Positions 48,077 to 58,461 of a stretch of DNA of 64,000 bases are shown here, piece by piece (position 1 is the stretch's first letter; each line of letters opens with the position of its first letter). Source of the stretch: Dehalococcoidia bacterium (GTDB lineage Bacteria > Chloroflexota > Dehalococcoidia > Lucifugimonadales > UBA2985); assembly GCA_965261605.1 (NCBI GenBank), contig OZ253466.1, forward strand, positions 2,208,819 to 2,272,818, in the 5' to 3' direction. The position numbers and the translations under genes were made by a program. The notes beneath the pieces were generated by a model, which had not been told where the DNA came from, ran no database searches, and saw only the letters and a program-made list of their open reading frames with translations.

Positions 48077-49372
48077 ATGCTGACCCAGGTTGAGACCTTC
48101 CCGAAGCTGCTGGAAGACTATCGGGCTATCATTGGAGACGAGAACGCCGATGAGATAAGCAGACTGTCTGAATCCCTCAAGGGCGCTAAAGTCCTTCACA
48201 TCAACGCTACCGCTTTTGGTGGCGGTGTAGCCGAGCTCCTGTACTCCTTGGTCCCACTCATGAACGACGCGGGCCTCCAGGCGGACTGGCAGGTCATGCA
48301 CGGCGACGGCGTGTTCTACAACGTCACCAAGCAGCTCCACAACAGCCTTCAGGGCGCCCGGGTGGACTGGACCCCGGAGATGTGGAAGACGTGGCGCGAC
48401 TATAACGTAATGAACGCCGAGCGGTTCGAGGGCGATTACGACTTTGTGGTTGTGCACGATCCGCAGCCTGCCGGTATCCTTCGCTTACTCCGAGAGAACG
48501 GGCATCGCAACGGGGGCACGCGCTGGATATGGCGCTGCCACATCGACTCCACGGATGCCCAGCCCGAGGCTTGGGAGTACATAACGCCGTACCTGGAGCC
48601 CTACGATGCCGCTATCTTCACTCTTGAGCAGTTTGTCAACAAGGACATAAGAAACTCGGAGATATGGGTGGTTCCTCCCGCCATAGATCCACTGAGCCCA
48701 AAGAACACGCCCATCTCCCGGGAGACCGTGGATGAAGTGCTGGGTCGTTTCGGCATAGACCCTGAGCGCCCCCTGGTTATCCAGGCGTCCAGGATGGATG
48801 TGTGGAAGGACCCTATAGGAGTCCTTGAGGCATATTTGCAGGTCAAGAAAGAGATACCCCAGTTGCAATTAGCCTTTCTTGTAGCTATTGCCAATGACGA
48901 CCCTGAGGGCTGGGACTACTATAACCAGACTGCGGAGCGCGCCGGGGACGACCCGGATGTCCACATCCTGCCGAACATAGTCCACGGCATCGGTGATGTG
49001 GAGATAAACGCCTTCCAGTCCGGGGCCAATGTCGTGATACAGAAATCCCTGAGAGAAGGGTTTGGCCTGGCGGTAACTGAGGCGCTGTGGAAGGGGCGTC
49101 CGGTCATCGGGGGCAGGGCAGGGGGAATACCGTTGCAAGTCCTGGACGGCGAGACGGGATACCTGGTCAGCAGTCCTTCCGAGTGTGCTCAAAAGATGGC
49201 CTACCTGATTGAGCACCCTGAAACGGCCGACCAGTTTGGCCGGCAGGGCAGGGAGCATGCCCGGCAGAACTTCCTGATAACCCGATATCTGAGGGACTAC
49301 CTGAGGGTGTTCAAATCCCTCGAGCGTAACGAGAAGAGGACTTACGCCGGTGTGGATGTGACGATTGCTTAA
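48077..49372 (+). CDS. GT4 glycosyltransferase, TreT-like (trehalose glycosyltransferring synthase family)
   Basis: LEDYRAIIG...VLHINATAFGGGVAELL...FYNVTKQLHNSLQG...WRCHID...PPAIDPLSPKN...REGFGLAVTEALWKGRPVIGG...GETGYLV resembles archaeal and bacterial TreT as I remember it. Confidence 0.65.
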   Translation: MLTQVETFPKLLEDYRAIIGDENADEISRLSESLKGAKVLHINATAFGGGVAELLYSLVPLMNDAGLQADWQVMHGDGVFYNVTKQLHNSLQGARVDWTPEMWKTWRDYNVMNAERFEGDYDFVVVHDPQPAGILRLLRENGHRNGGTRWIWRCHIDSTDAQPEAWEYITPYLEPYDAAIFTLEQFVNKDIRNSEIWVVPPAIDPLSPKNTPISRETVDEVLGRFGIDPERPLVIQASRMDVWKDPIGVLEAYLQVKKEIPQLQLAFLVAIANDDPEGWDYYNQTAERAGDDPDVHILPNIVHGIGDVEINAFQSGANVVIQKSLREGFGLAVTEALWKGRPVIGGRAGGIPLQVLDGETGYLVSSPSECAQKMAYLIEHPETADQFGRQGREHARQNFLITRYLRDYLRVFKSLERNEKRTYAGVDVTIA

Positions 49373-49553
49373 TGGACCGTCAAAGCGGTCTGAAGGAGAG
49401 CACACTTCCGTTCCATCGGCCTTGCTCAGAGCGGCAACTGAGCAGGAGGTCGGGGAGTGGGGTATTGCTATTTCCCGAATCTGTGTTAAGGTGTTGAGGT
49501 TACGTGAAGCTAGGAATATCGCGGTACTAGAAGAAAGACGAGTTTAGCAGTAT

Positions 49554-50618
49554 ATGTTCGAGCCAGGGGGGAGACAGCGGCCTGAGTTCCAGTTGGAGGA
49601 AATCCTCCGGAACATAGGCAACGTGATTAGCGGGGTTACTCAGAAGCTGGGTGGTGGCGGCATGAAGATTATTGTATTCGCCGCATTTGTCTTGCTCATC
49701 TTGGGCTGGCTCGCCACCGGCGTCTATCAGGTGGGCCCCAGAGAGCAGGCGGCCCTTCAGCTTTTTGGAGACTTTCAGGACACCGCGGACTCGGGCCTTC
49801 ACTGGTACTTCCCATCTCCCATAGGCAAGCGCACCATCGTTGACGTTGAAGTGAGCCGAAGCATGGAGTTGGGCTTCTTCACAACGGATACCGGCGTAAC
49901 CAGCGACACTCCGGTAGAGGCGTTGATGATCACGGGAGACCTGAACATCGTTAACGTGCAAATGGTCGTCCAGTACCAGATAGCGGATCTGGAGAGATAC
50001 CTGTTCCGCGTCGATGACCCGGGAGAGGTCGTACGCAGTATTGAAAGAGGTAATCCTGAGGGGCGCACCCTCAAGGACGCCACGGAGGCGGCCCTGCGTC
50101 AGGTGGTTGGACAGCGCAGCATTGACGACACGCTGGTGCTCAACAGAGAGGTAGTGGAGGCGCGGACTAGGGAGTTGCTCCAGGAGATATTGGACCAATA
50201 CGATACCGGGATCCAGGTGAACACCGTGGCGCTTCAGACGGTGCGCCCCCCGGACCAGGTGAGGGCCGCTTTCGATGACGTGGTCAACGCCCGGGTAGAC
50301 AAAGAGAGTCGCATCAACGAGGCCAAGGCCTTTGAGCAGGACCGGATTCCCAGAGCGGAGGGTGACGCCGCCCAGGTGGTGCAGGCTGCCGAGGCTTTCA
50401 AAGCTGAGCGCATAGCCAGGGCCACCGGTGAAGTAAACCGATTCCGGTCAGTCTTGATAGAGTACCTCAGCGCTCCAGACGTTACCCGCCAGCGTCTCTA
50501 CCTTGAGGCAATGGAGGGTATTTTGCCCGGCATCAAGAAGTTCATCTTGTCTGAGGAGAGCCAGGGCAGTCTGCTGCAGTTCCTCCCATTGACCGACAAT
50601 GAGGTGACTACGCCATGA
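49554..50618 (+). CDS. hflK: FtsH protease modulator HflK (SPFH/band-7)
   Basis: An N-terminal TM segment, then GVYQVGPREQAALQLFG and an SPFH domain. It overlaps hflC by 4 nt. Confidence 0.8.
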   Translation: MFEPGGRQRPEFQLEEILRNIGNVISGVTQKLGGGGMKIIVFAAFVLLILGWLATGVYQVGPREQAALQLFGDFQDTADSGLHWYFPSPIGKRTIVDVEVSRSMELGFFTTDTGVTSDTPVEALMITGDLNIVNVQMVVQYQIADLERYLFRVDDPGEVVRSIERGNPEGRTLKDATEAALRQVVGQRSIDDTLVLNREVVEARTRELLQEILDQYDTGIQVNTVALQTVRPPDQVRAAFDDVVNARVDKESRINEAKAFEQDRIPRAEGDAAQVVQAAEAFKAERIARATGEVNRFRSVLIEYLSAPDVTRQRLYLEAMEGILPGIKKFILSEESQGSLLQFLPLTDNEVTTP

Positions 50619-51985
50619 TGAAAATCATTGGAATGGCTCTTGCCGTCCTTCTGTTCGTGGCTCTGCTCGCCCAGGTGGCTGGCTTTGGGGTGGCTTATAC
50701 GGTGGACGAGACCGAGTTCGTGGTTATAACGCGCTTTGGAGAGGTGCAGAGGGGAATTATCAGCCCCGGCCTGAAGTTCAAGTCACCTGTTGAGAGCGTT
50801 GTACGGTTCGATAAGAGGCTGCTCCGTATCGACGTGCCGGTGGCCAGTATGCCCGACAGGGACAGCCAGTTCCTTGAGATAGACGCCTACATCCGCTACA
50901 GGATCAGTGATCCGAAGGTCTTTCTGGAGAACCTGCGGGACGAGTTCACCGCCGGGCAGCGTATCGGAAGCCTGGCTATCTCAGCCATCCGCGATGAGGT
51001 GGGTGTGAGAGACCGGAAGGATATAATCGGAGGCGACCCCATAACCCAGGATGACGGAACTATCATTGTAAGACCCAGGCAAACGGAAGAAGGCAACCCA
51101 AGTCGCGCTGAAATGATGCAGCTTGTGCTCCATGGTCTTAGGGAGAATACCGAGGAACAGTGGGGAGTTGAGGTTGTGGACGTGAGGGTCAAGCGGGCCG
51201 ACTTCCCCACCGCGGCAGAGGCAAGCGTATTCGATCGGATGCGTTCTGAGCGCTCCGTTCAGGCACAGAGGCTCCGGGCCGAGGGCGCGGAGCAGTTCCT
51301 CACCATCACAGCTGATGTGTCCAGGAGAGTGCGGATTATCAGGGCCAACGCTGACAGGGATGCCAACATCCTCTCCGGTGAAGGTGAAGCCCAGGCTGTC
51401 CAGATATTCGCGCGGGTTCTGGGCACGGGAGCCTTGCGTCCAGAAGCCTTGGACGCCCTGGATGCCCTAGAGTCTTTATCCCCAGAGGTGCTGGACGCCA
51501 TTGGGGCTCTGGACGTAGAATTCATAACCGACGAGACTATCGCAGACCTGAGGGCTGGAAATGTTCTCAGCGTCGACATCCTTGAGGACGTAATCAAGGC
51601 GATACGAGCTTTGGGTCCAGAGACCATTGATTCCATGGAATTGGTCATCGGATTCGAGGCCGCTAATGCCCTGAGGGCGCTGGCGGCATCCGGCGATGAT
51701 GCGCTGAACCCCATCGACTCTCAGTCGCTGGCCGAGGCCCTGGAGTTCTTCACCTTCAGGCGCAGCCTTGAGGCTTACACCAACTCCCTCCAGCAAGATA
51801 CTACCTTGGTGCTTTCAGCGGACAGCGAGCTGTTCCGGTATCTGCAAGGCCCCACCTTAGCGAATCAGCAGAATGACGCTGAAGCGTTCCTGTCGCTATT
51901 CAGTGAGATGGCCCAGTATATGGGAGACCCTGACGCAATGAGTATGGAGGAGTCCTCGGAGCAAGATCAGGACTCCAGCCAATAG
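50615..51985 (+). CDS. hflC: FtsH protease modulator HflC (SPFH/band-7) with a long C-terminal insertion or extension
   Basis: YTVDETEFVVITRFGEVQRGIISPGLKFKSPVESVVRFDKRLL matches HflC. At 456 aa it is well above the usual size. Confidence 0.75.
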   Translation: MMKIIGMALAVLLFVALLAQVAGFGVAYTVDETEFVVITRFGEVQRGIISPGLKFKSPVESVVRFDKRLLRIDVPVASMPDRDSQFLEIDAYIRYRISDPKVFLENLRDEFTAGQRIGSLAISAIRDEVGVRDRKDIIGGDPITQDDGTIIVRPRQTEEGNPSRAEMMQLVLHGLRENTEEQWGVEVVDVRVKRADFPTAAEASVFDRMRSERSVQAQRLRAEGAEQFLTITADVSRRVRIIRANADRDANILSGEGEAQAVQIFARVLGTGALRPEALDALDALESLSPEVLDAIGALDVEFITDETIADLRAGNVLSVDILEDVIKAIRALGPETIDSMELVIGFEAANALRALAASGDDALNPIDSQSLAEALEFFTFRRSLEAYTNSLQQDTTLVLSADSELFRYLQGPTLANQQNDAEAFLSLFSEMAQYMGDPDAMSMEESSEQDQDSSQ

Positions 51986-52174
51986 ACTCTCCTGGCTCTC
52001 TTCCCCGTCCTAATGGTATAGGTCCCGTTTCCAGTTCAGGACAATCCCTGGCCCGCTTTCAATGCTTGGGGATTATCCGCGACTTATCTGGGGCCAGCGC
52101 ATCCACCATAGTTGCGAGCATAGGAAACCGGCGTGAAAGCGCCGCGTTTCGCTTTTTATGAATGTAGGGCCCCA

Positions 52175-52871
52175 TTGGCGTACGGACACCACAGACTCTA
52201 CGGCGACCTCGCTCACCTGTGGCCGCTGTGATGAGTCCTCCTGAGAACTACTAAGAAGAGGCCCTCTACTGGCTGCGCGAACTCCGGAAGAGACTCGAGC
52301 CGGGCAAGGGAAGCATCCTTGACCTGGGCGCCGGAGGCGGCCACCACCTCCATCAACTTGTCGGCGAGTTCGACGCGGCCGCAGTCGACTTGTCGGAAGC
52401 GATGCTCGCCCGCTCGCGGCGGCTGAACCACGGCGTTTCCCACCACGTTGGCCACATGAGGACCGTCCGGCTCGGCGGGACGTTCGACGCCGTCCTTGTC
52501 CACGATGCCATAAGCTACATGACGTCGGAGGCTGACCGGCTGCCCGTCCTCGAGACGGCGCGCTCTCACCTACGCCCTGGTGGTCTGCTGATTGTGGCGC
52601 CTGTTACACCGAAACGTTCGAGACCAATCACGACGCCGAGACCGAGCTAACGTTCGTTGAGTACTCGGCGGACCTCGAACCCGACGACACGACTATTGAG
52701 TCGACCTACGTGTTCTTCATCAAGCGGGGCGGCGAGCTGCAGGTGGAGGTGGACAGCCACACAACGGGCCTGGTGGCCGAGACCGGCTTTGAAGTCGAGC
52801 GGGTCGATTATCCCGTTAGCAAGGGTGGTCGTCCCATGTTTCTCTGGGTTGGGCAGGATGACTCCTGGTAA
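52175..52871 (+). pseudogene. class I SAM-dependent methyltransferase, decayed (at least 2 frameshifts and 1 in-frame stop)
   Basis: The protein is spread over three frames: YGDLAHLWPL-stop (shift), MSPPENY-TAA(52252)-EEALYWLRELRKRLEPGKGSILDLGAGGGHH...DAVLVHDAISYM...LRPGGLLIVAP (shift near 52597), then YTETFETNHD...MFLWVGQDDSW-stop. Confidence 0.6.
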
Positions 52872-53063
52872 AACTGTTTGTTCTCCCAACACTTAGTATT
52901 GCCGCCGAATGGTCTTCGTATTCCGCGCTCCTCGTCATAATGGGCCATTTGAAGCATGGGATGCGTGGGAGGACCCGACTACAGCCCCGATACCCAAGGC
53001 AGGGTAGGGGAGTGGGCGGACCGGATATGCGGACTTCCGGTACGTGGGGAGCCGGAGGCCCCC

Positions 53064-54188
53064 CTACAAGCCGTGGACCGGGAATATGCGGCTCTCCACC
53101 TCTCTCACGCCCTCCTCGGCGACTTCGCGTGCCTTGGCCAGGACACCAGGGTCCAATGACGGCCCATCCGGGTCGCGGAGGAGCTTCAGACCGTAGCGCT
53201 CCTGATAGTCCTGAGGGATCTCGTTGGGCCACTGCTCCTCCAGCATCACGCCGTAGTCCAACGCCCAGCCGCGAGCCACCGCTCCAACGTCGTAACCGCC
53301 TCCGCCAAAGGCTAGCCATTTGGGACACAGCTTCCCCAGCTCCTCGACCAGTCGAGAGTGTCCCTGGACTGTGAGGCCAAGCTGGGTGATGGGATCCCGG
53401 AAGTAGGGGTCCATGCCCAGTTGAGTGGCAAGGACGTCCGGTTTGAAGGCACGGATAAGGGGCGCTACTGCCTGATTCAGGACCCACAGATAAAGCTCGT
53501 CGTTGGTGTAGGGGTAGAGCGGTACGTTGACGGAGTAGCCGAGGCCGCTTCCCGTTCCCATCTCGTTGACAAACCCGGTGCCGGGGAACAGGTACGTACC
53601 GGACTGGTGCAGCGATATGGTCATAACTTGGTCCGTGTCGTAGAAGGCGTGCTGCACTCCGTCCCCGTGGTGAGCGTCGATGTCCACGTACACCACCCGC
53701 TGCCCCTGTTCCAGCAGGTACTTTATTGCTACCACTGGGTCATTGAAGATGCAGAAGCCGGAGGCTCGGCCCGGCATGGCGTGGTGAAGCCCGCCGGAGC
53801 AGTTGAAGGCCACGTCCACCTCTCCCTTGTGCACCATTTCCGCTGCCAGCAGGGAGCCGCCAGTGGACCAGCAGGAGGCTTCGTACATGCCGGAGTAGAC
53901 GGGATTGTCGCCATGGTCGCTGAAACCGTAGGCGTCCTGATTGTACCCGGCCTCCCCGCGGCTCAGGCTCTGGACCGCGCTCACGTACTCCTGGGTGTGA
54001 GAGGTCAGTATCTCCTCTTCCGCGGCCTGGCGCGGCTCCACCAGGACGGCGTTGGGACGCTGGAAGGCGCCGTACGACTCCAGAAGCTCGTAGGTGTAGC
54101 GAAGGCGGGTAGGGATCATCACGTGGTCTTCGCGGAGGACGTGGCGAGACAGGATGTCGTGGTACACGAAGGCTGCGCGGCGGCTCAT
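53064..54188 (-). CDS. histone deacetylase-family enzyme (AcuC/acetoin utilisation-type deacetylase)
   Basis: The sequence reads AFNCSGGLHHAMPGRASGFCIFND...DIDAHHGDGVQ...GGGGY. The start is taken at MSRRAAFVYHD. Confidence 0.8.
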   Translation of the reverse strand: MSRRAAFVYHDILSRHVLREDHVMIPTRLRYTYELLESYGAFQRPNAVLVEPRQAAEEEILTSHTQEYVSAVQSLSRGEAGYNQDAYGFSDHGDNPVYSGMYEASCWSTGGSLLAAEMVHKGEVDVAFNCSGGLHHAMPGRASGFCIFNDPVVAIKYLLEQGQRVVYVDIDAHHGDGVQHAFYDTDQVMTISLHQSGTYLFPGTGFVNEMGTGSGLGYSVNVPLYPYTNDELYLWVLNQAVAPLIRAFKPDVLATQLGMDPYFRDPITQLGLTVQGHSRLVEELGKLCPKWLAFGGGGYDVGAVARGWALDYGVMLEEQWPNEIPQDYQERYGLKLLRDPDGPSLDPGVLAKAREVAEEGVREVESRIFPVHGL

Positions 54189-54267
54189 TTGGGAACTCCT
54201 TTCACTTTGGCAAGTCCCGGATTGATTCACCATTGGACGCGTCTAGTCTATAAGTGTAGGGCATTTA

Positions 54268-55026
54268 TCAGAATCCTTCATCCTCCGTCTGTTCCTGGGA
54301 ATCCGCGTATTCCTGCTGAGGGGTTGCGTATATCCGTTGCGCGCGCCTGAGAAACACCGTGCCGAGAGCGTTCCACACTTCCCAGAAGTCGTCTTCACGC
54401 ATAAACGCTGCGTCCTCAAGAGAAAGCCCCAGGAACTGGGTGGGTTCCGGCAACGCCTCCCTCATGGCGGCTGCTCCGTTGCTGCTGGGAGCGCCGCCGT
54501 CCGCCGGCTGCTGTGTCGTACGCTGCGCCGCGCTCCCGCGAACGGCTTTCCGACCCTGGGTCCTGCTCCTCATCTCCCGCCTTCGGGGCACATCCAGAGT
54601 CGCAAGTCCGGCCTCTCTGCAGAGCCCAAGGAAGAGCATAACCTGCCTCGCGTGCTGGGAGCGGGGAGTGTATTTCTGGAAGGCGTTCATAATGACTTCC
54701 TGCGGATCTCTACCGGGGTCAATGATCGTAAAGTCGTCCGCATAGGCGTTTCGGATGGTCCGCTCCAGCAGCTGGCGATACTCGTCCTCGGTGCTGCCGG
54801 CAAGACCTCTCAGGATGTCCGTGGGTTCATGGGTGTCCGTGATCAGTTCCAGGAATCGCAGGGTTGAGAGCACTCTGGGGATGATGTTCTCCGAGATGCC
54901 TATGCCTTTGAGTATCTCCCGGGTGACTCGCGGGGGTATATTCATCCGACGGATGCGGTACAAGAAGGCCTGCATATTGGCAGGGGGAGAGTATGGACGG
55001 AACAAAGGGGCTTTTTCTGTAACCAT
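54268..55026 (-). CDS. hypothetical protein (possibly DUF5343-like)
   Basis: The coding-like N-terminal half reads PPANMQAFLYRIRRMNIPPRVTREILKGIGISENIIPRVLSTLRFLELI. The start is taken at MVTEK. The family assignment is from memory only. Confidence 0.35.
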   Translation of the reverse strand: MVTEKAPLFRPYSPPANMQAFLYRIRRMNIPPRVTREILKGIGISENIIPRVLSTLRFLELITDTHEPTDILRGLAGSTEDEYRQLLERTIRNAYADDFTIIDPGRDPQEVIMNAFQKYTPRSQHARQVMLFLGLCREAGLATLDVPRRREMRSRTQGRKAVRGSAAQRTTQQPADGGAPSSNGAAAMREALPEPTQFLGLSLEDAAFMREDDFWEVWNALGTVFLRRAQRIYATPQQEYADSQEQTEDEGF

Positions 55027-55140
55027 AACGTAACACCCGTATCTATTAAGATATATGTATCTTAACCAGAAGCGTAGAAATTGTAAAGAGTGCTTCACAT
55101 GGCGCTCTGGATATGATACGCCTGAATCTATTGACTATAT

Positions 55141-55198
55141 CTGATGATTAGCTTAGTATAGAATAAACTCTGATGACTAGCTTAGTATAGGGTAAACA
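55141..55198 (+). repeat. 29-bp imperfect tandem direct repeat (2 copies) in the intergenic region upstream of ftsZ
   Basis: ctgatgaTtagcttagtatagAAtaaact is followed directly by ctgatgaCtagcttagtatagGGtaaaca. Confidence 0.85.
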
Positions 55199-55485
55199 CA
55201 ACAGAGGAGGTGCAGTACAGGCATAATCGTAACAGTAAGAATTCACTCAACCCTATAACTGAACCTTCGATGGCCGGGCGAGATTAAGGATTCGGTACAG
55301 AGTTATCAGTTCAACAGGTTTCTGGGCTACCGCCCAGAGTGCCGGGTCTCTCGGATAGGCAGGATGGGGATTTTATCCGGTGAGTCTCTTGACTAGGTCT
55401 AAGTTGGTTCCAAATTGATATTACCTTAACTGCGTAGCTTGATGTCGGACCACTAGCCAGGTGAAGGAAAGGAAATGAGAGATCA

Positions 55486-56535
55486 ATGCTAGCAACCCAT
55501 ACAACTGAAAACAACGTAGCCCATGACCAGGAGTGGGAAAGGGCCCCTGCGCGAATAAAGGTGGTGGGGATTGGCGGAGGGGGATGCAATTGCGTGCGCA
55601 GGATGATGAAGGACCAGGTCCCGGGCGTTAAGTTTGTGATGGTCAACACGGACATCAAATCCCTGGAGCCTTCCGTACAGGGTGCTGAGATAGTTCAAAT
55701 TGGCGCTAGGGCGACCCACGGCTGGGGCGCCGGCGGCGACTCAAAGATGGGCGAGAAGGCTGCCGAGGAGTCGGAGGCCGACCTCCGCGCCGCTCTGAAG
55801 AACGCCGAGTTGGTGTTCATTACGTCAGGCATGGGCGGCGGCACCGGCACGGGGGCTTCGCCTTATATAGCCTCCATAGCCAAGGACATGGGCGCCCTAG
55901 TGGTGGGCGTTGTAACAACACCCTTCAGCTTTGAGGGGAGTCGCAGAATCGGCCAGGCAATGAACGGAGTAGCCCGCCTTCGGCCCTTCCTAGACAACCT
56001 GATTGTAATCCACAACGATAGGCTCCTCAAGTACGTCGACCACGATGCCGAGATGGTGGAAGCCTTCAGGACTGCTGACGACGTGGTAACTCAGGGCATC
56101 CTGAGCGTCTCTGAGCTCATCAACGTCCCGGGCGAGATAAATGTGGACTTCGCGGACGTAAGGACCGTCATGGGCTTCCCGGGAGCGGCGCTCATGGCCA
56201 TCGGCCAGGGCCGAGGCAAGATGGGTGTAGTGGATGCAGCGCGAACGGCTATGGCCAACCCACTGCTGAACATGTCCATCAAGGGCGCTCAGGGGGTTCT
56301 CTTTTCGGTCAAGGGTGGCCATAGCCTGACCCTGGGTGGAGTCAACGCAGCAGGCGACCTGATTGGCAAGACGGTGAGGAAGAGCGCGTCCATTTTCTTT
56401 GGAATGTCCATGGACGAGGGCTTGGAGGATTCCGTGAAGCTCACCTTGATTGCGACGGGCTTGAAGGGTGAAGGTGGCAGCAGAGGAGGGTCGGCATTCC
56501 CCGGGAAGATACGCAGCGTAATTCCCGGCCTCTAG
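55486..56535 (+). CDS. ftsZ: cell division GTPase FtsZ
   Basis: The sequence reads IKVVGIGGGGCNCVRRM...GMGGGTGTGASPYIA...NVDFADV. Confidence 0.96.
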   Translation: MLATHTTENNVAHDQEWERAPARIKVVGIGGGGCNCVRRMMKDQVPGVKFVMVNTDIKSLEPSVQGAEIVQIGARATHGWGAGGDSKMGEKAAEESEADLRAALKNAELVFITSGMGGGTGTGASPYIASIAKDMGALVVGVVTTPFSFEGSRRIGQAMNGVARLRPFLDNLIVIHNDRLLKYVDHDAEMVEAFRTADDVVTQGILSVSELINVPGEINVDFADVRTVMGFPGAALMAIGQGRGKMGVVDAARTAMANPLLNMSIKGAQGVLFSVKGGHSLTLGGVNAAGDLIGKTVRKSASIFFGMSMDEGLEDSVKLTLIATGLKGEGGSRGGSAFPGKIRSVIPGL

Positions 56536-57171
56536 ACTGCAGTCTGACATACAATATGTGTAACGACGACGACTTACAAAGCATCCCACCTGGCTAGTCT
56601 TCGACGTATGTTGCGCCAATGAGTGCCCCTCCAGAAGGGTTTCCGGCAGGAGGGGCACTTCACTATTATGTCCTGAGTCTGAAAGACGTAGGGAGACGCC
56701 TGATCCCTGATTTCCTCTCTGGCAGTTCTTACCAAGGGTGAGTTGCGCTCTATGCACAGAGAGAAATCCCGCTGCGTGTCGAGCTTGCAGTCATGACGAT
56801 CTGACGAAGCTGCTCTTCTACGCGCTCGCTTTCCAGAAGGATGGCCCTCAGCTTGCCCGATGCTATCAACCTGCGCCTCACTATGTTCCTGTTCATTGTC
56901 ACGAGGATACGTCATTCCTCTTGGGCCATGCTCACTAACCTGCCATCCTCGATACCTGGTACGAATGTCGTGTCGTTTCCCGTGATCCTCAGTCATTTGA
57001 CCAGGCGGCCCGCGTTGAGGTCTACAATGAACTTCGATTCGGACACACTATACCCCTCAAAACGATAATGAACTGCGGGTATGAGGTACAGACTCGCGTC
57101 GAAATGGAGTACAATTTCACATTGAGGTGGGTCACACCATTCCACTTGAGGTGGTTACAGGGACTCAGACT

Positions 57172-57504
57172 ATGTCCTCCGAAGATAAAGCAAACAGAGT
57201 TGCTCCGCTAAACATAGAGGTCTCGGGTGAGAATGGGGCTCTCAGCATAGCCTGGGACGACGGCCATACGGGCGTTTATCCTTGGGGCTTTCTGCGGGGC
57301 GCTTGTCCATGCGTATTGTGCAAGCGCAGCCATCGGGGCGTGGAGATTAGCGAAATAGAGGATGTAGATGGAGTATGGCTGATTGATTGGATGCCCGTTG
57401 GGAACTACGCCGTACGCCTGCTGTGGAGCGACGCCCATGAGACTGGGATCTACAACCATCACTACCTGAGGGCCATTTGCAGGTGCAATGAATGTCTGGG
57501 ATAG
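57172..57504 (+). CDS. DUF971-domain protein (gamma-butyrobetaine hydroxylase-like N-terminal domain)
   Basis: The sequence reads LSIAWDDGHTGVYPWGFLRGACPCVLC...NYAVRLLWSDAHETGIYNHHYLRAICRC. The start is taken at MSSEDK. Confidence 0.65.
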   Translation: MSSEDKANRVAPLNIEVSGENGALSIAWDDGHTGVYPWGFLRGACPCVLCKRSHRGVEISEIEDVDGVWLIDWMPVGNYAVRLLWSDAHETGIYNHHYLRAICRCNECLG

Positions 57505-57522
57505 ACACTCCGACAGACCTGG

Positions 57523-58338
57523 ATGATTCATCCAACGCCGCAGCGAGGCGCAAGGAGGCATGACATAGACGTCAGGTATCTGGAGCAGCTCCTTTCGCAG
57601 GTGCAGCGAGGAGAGACGGAGGTTGGGGAGGCCCTGGAGAAGCTGCGGACGCTCCCCTTCGAGGACTTGGGCTTTGCCAAAGTCGACCATCATCGCGCCA
57701 TTCGCACAGGCTTTCCTGAGGTTGTGTACGCCCCGGGAAAGACCCTGGAGCAGCTGTCCCGGATTGCCATGAAAATATCGGAGACTTCCTCCAAACTCCT
57801 GATAACCAGGGCAGGGGGCGATGCGTATGAGAAGGTCAGGGAAGCGCTGCCGGAGGCCCGTTACAGCGAGGTTGCGAATGTCATTGTGGTGGACCGGTCG
57901 TCAGGAGAGGCCGCGCCTGTGCCGGGTGTGCTGACGGTGGCCGCCGGAACGTCCGACCTGCCGGTGGCGGAGGAGGCTGCACTTACTGCAGAGCTGATGG
58001 GCAACTCTGTGGAGAGGTTGTGGGACGTGGGCATAGCCGGGGTGCACAGGCTGCTGGAGAATTTGCCCATGCTAAGACAAGCAAGGGTCATAGTGGCCGT
58101 GGCCGGGATGGAAGGCGCTCTCCCAGGCCTTATAGGAGGCTTGGTATCGGCGCCGGTTATTGCAGTGCCCACCAGCGTAGGCTACGGGGCGAACTTTCAT
58201 GGGCTCTCGGCCCTTCTGACGATGCTGAACTCATGCAGCCCGGGCATCGCCGTTGTAAACATCGACAACGGGTTCGGAGCAGGTTACATGGCTGGCATGA
58301 TCAACCTCTCCATGTCATCCGGCCCGCCTGAGTCCTGA
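57523..58338 (+). CDS. larB: LarB-type (PurE-like) nickel-pincer cofactor biosynthesis protein
   Basis: FAKVDHHRAIRTGFPEVVYAPGKTLEQL plus a PurE-like C-terminal half (AGTSDLPVAEEA...VAGMEGALPGLIGGL...VIAVPTSVGYG). Confidence 0.72.
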   Translation: MIHPTPQRGARRHDIDVRYLEQLLSQVQRGETEVGEALEKLRTLPFEDLGFAKVDHHRAIRTGFPEVVYAPGKTLEQLSRIAMKISETSSKLLITRAGGDAYEKVREALPEARYSEVANVIVVDRSSGEAAPVPGVLTVAAGTSDLPVAEEAALTAELMGNSVERLWDVGIAGVHRLLENLPMLRQARVIVAVAGMEGALPGLIGGLVSAPVIAVPTSVGYGANFHGLSALLTMLNSCSPGIAVVNIDNGFGAGYMAGMINLSMSSGPPES

Positions 58339-58461
58339 GCAGGGATTGGCCCGCGTTCCATCGGGAATGCGTCATCCTTCAAAACAGGGCAGGGGCCTGG
58401 CACTCGACCAAGCCCCTGCGATAGTTGCTTCGACTGTCCCCTGTCTGTGTCCCCTCAAAAA

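Noticed and set aside
52816-54350. A 223-aa minus-strand ORF and a 330-aa plus-strand ORF.
   Set aside because: They are off-frame or antisense to the HDAC/AcuC gene. Their sequence is Gly/Arg/Pro-rich and non-protein-like.
56574-56996. A 140-aa minus-strand ORF between ftsZ and the DUF971 gene.
   Set aside because: It is basic with a patchy sequence. A different frame reads better over part of the region (MNRNIVRRRLIASGKLRAILLESERVEEQLRQIV…). It has no recognisable family, so I left it unannotated instead of guessing.
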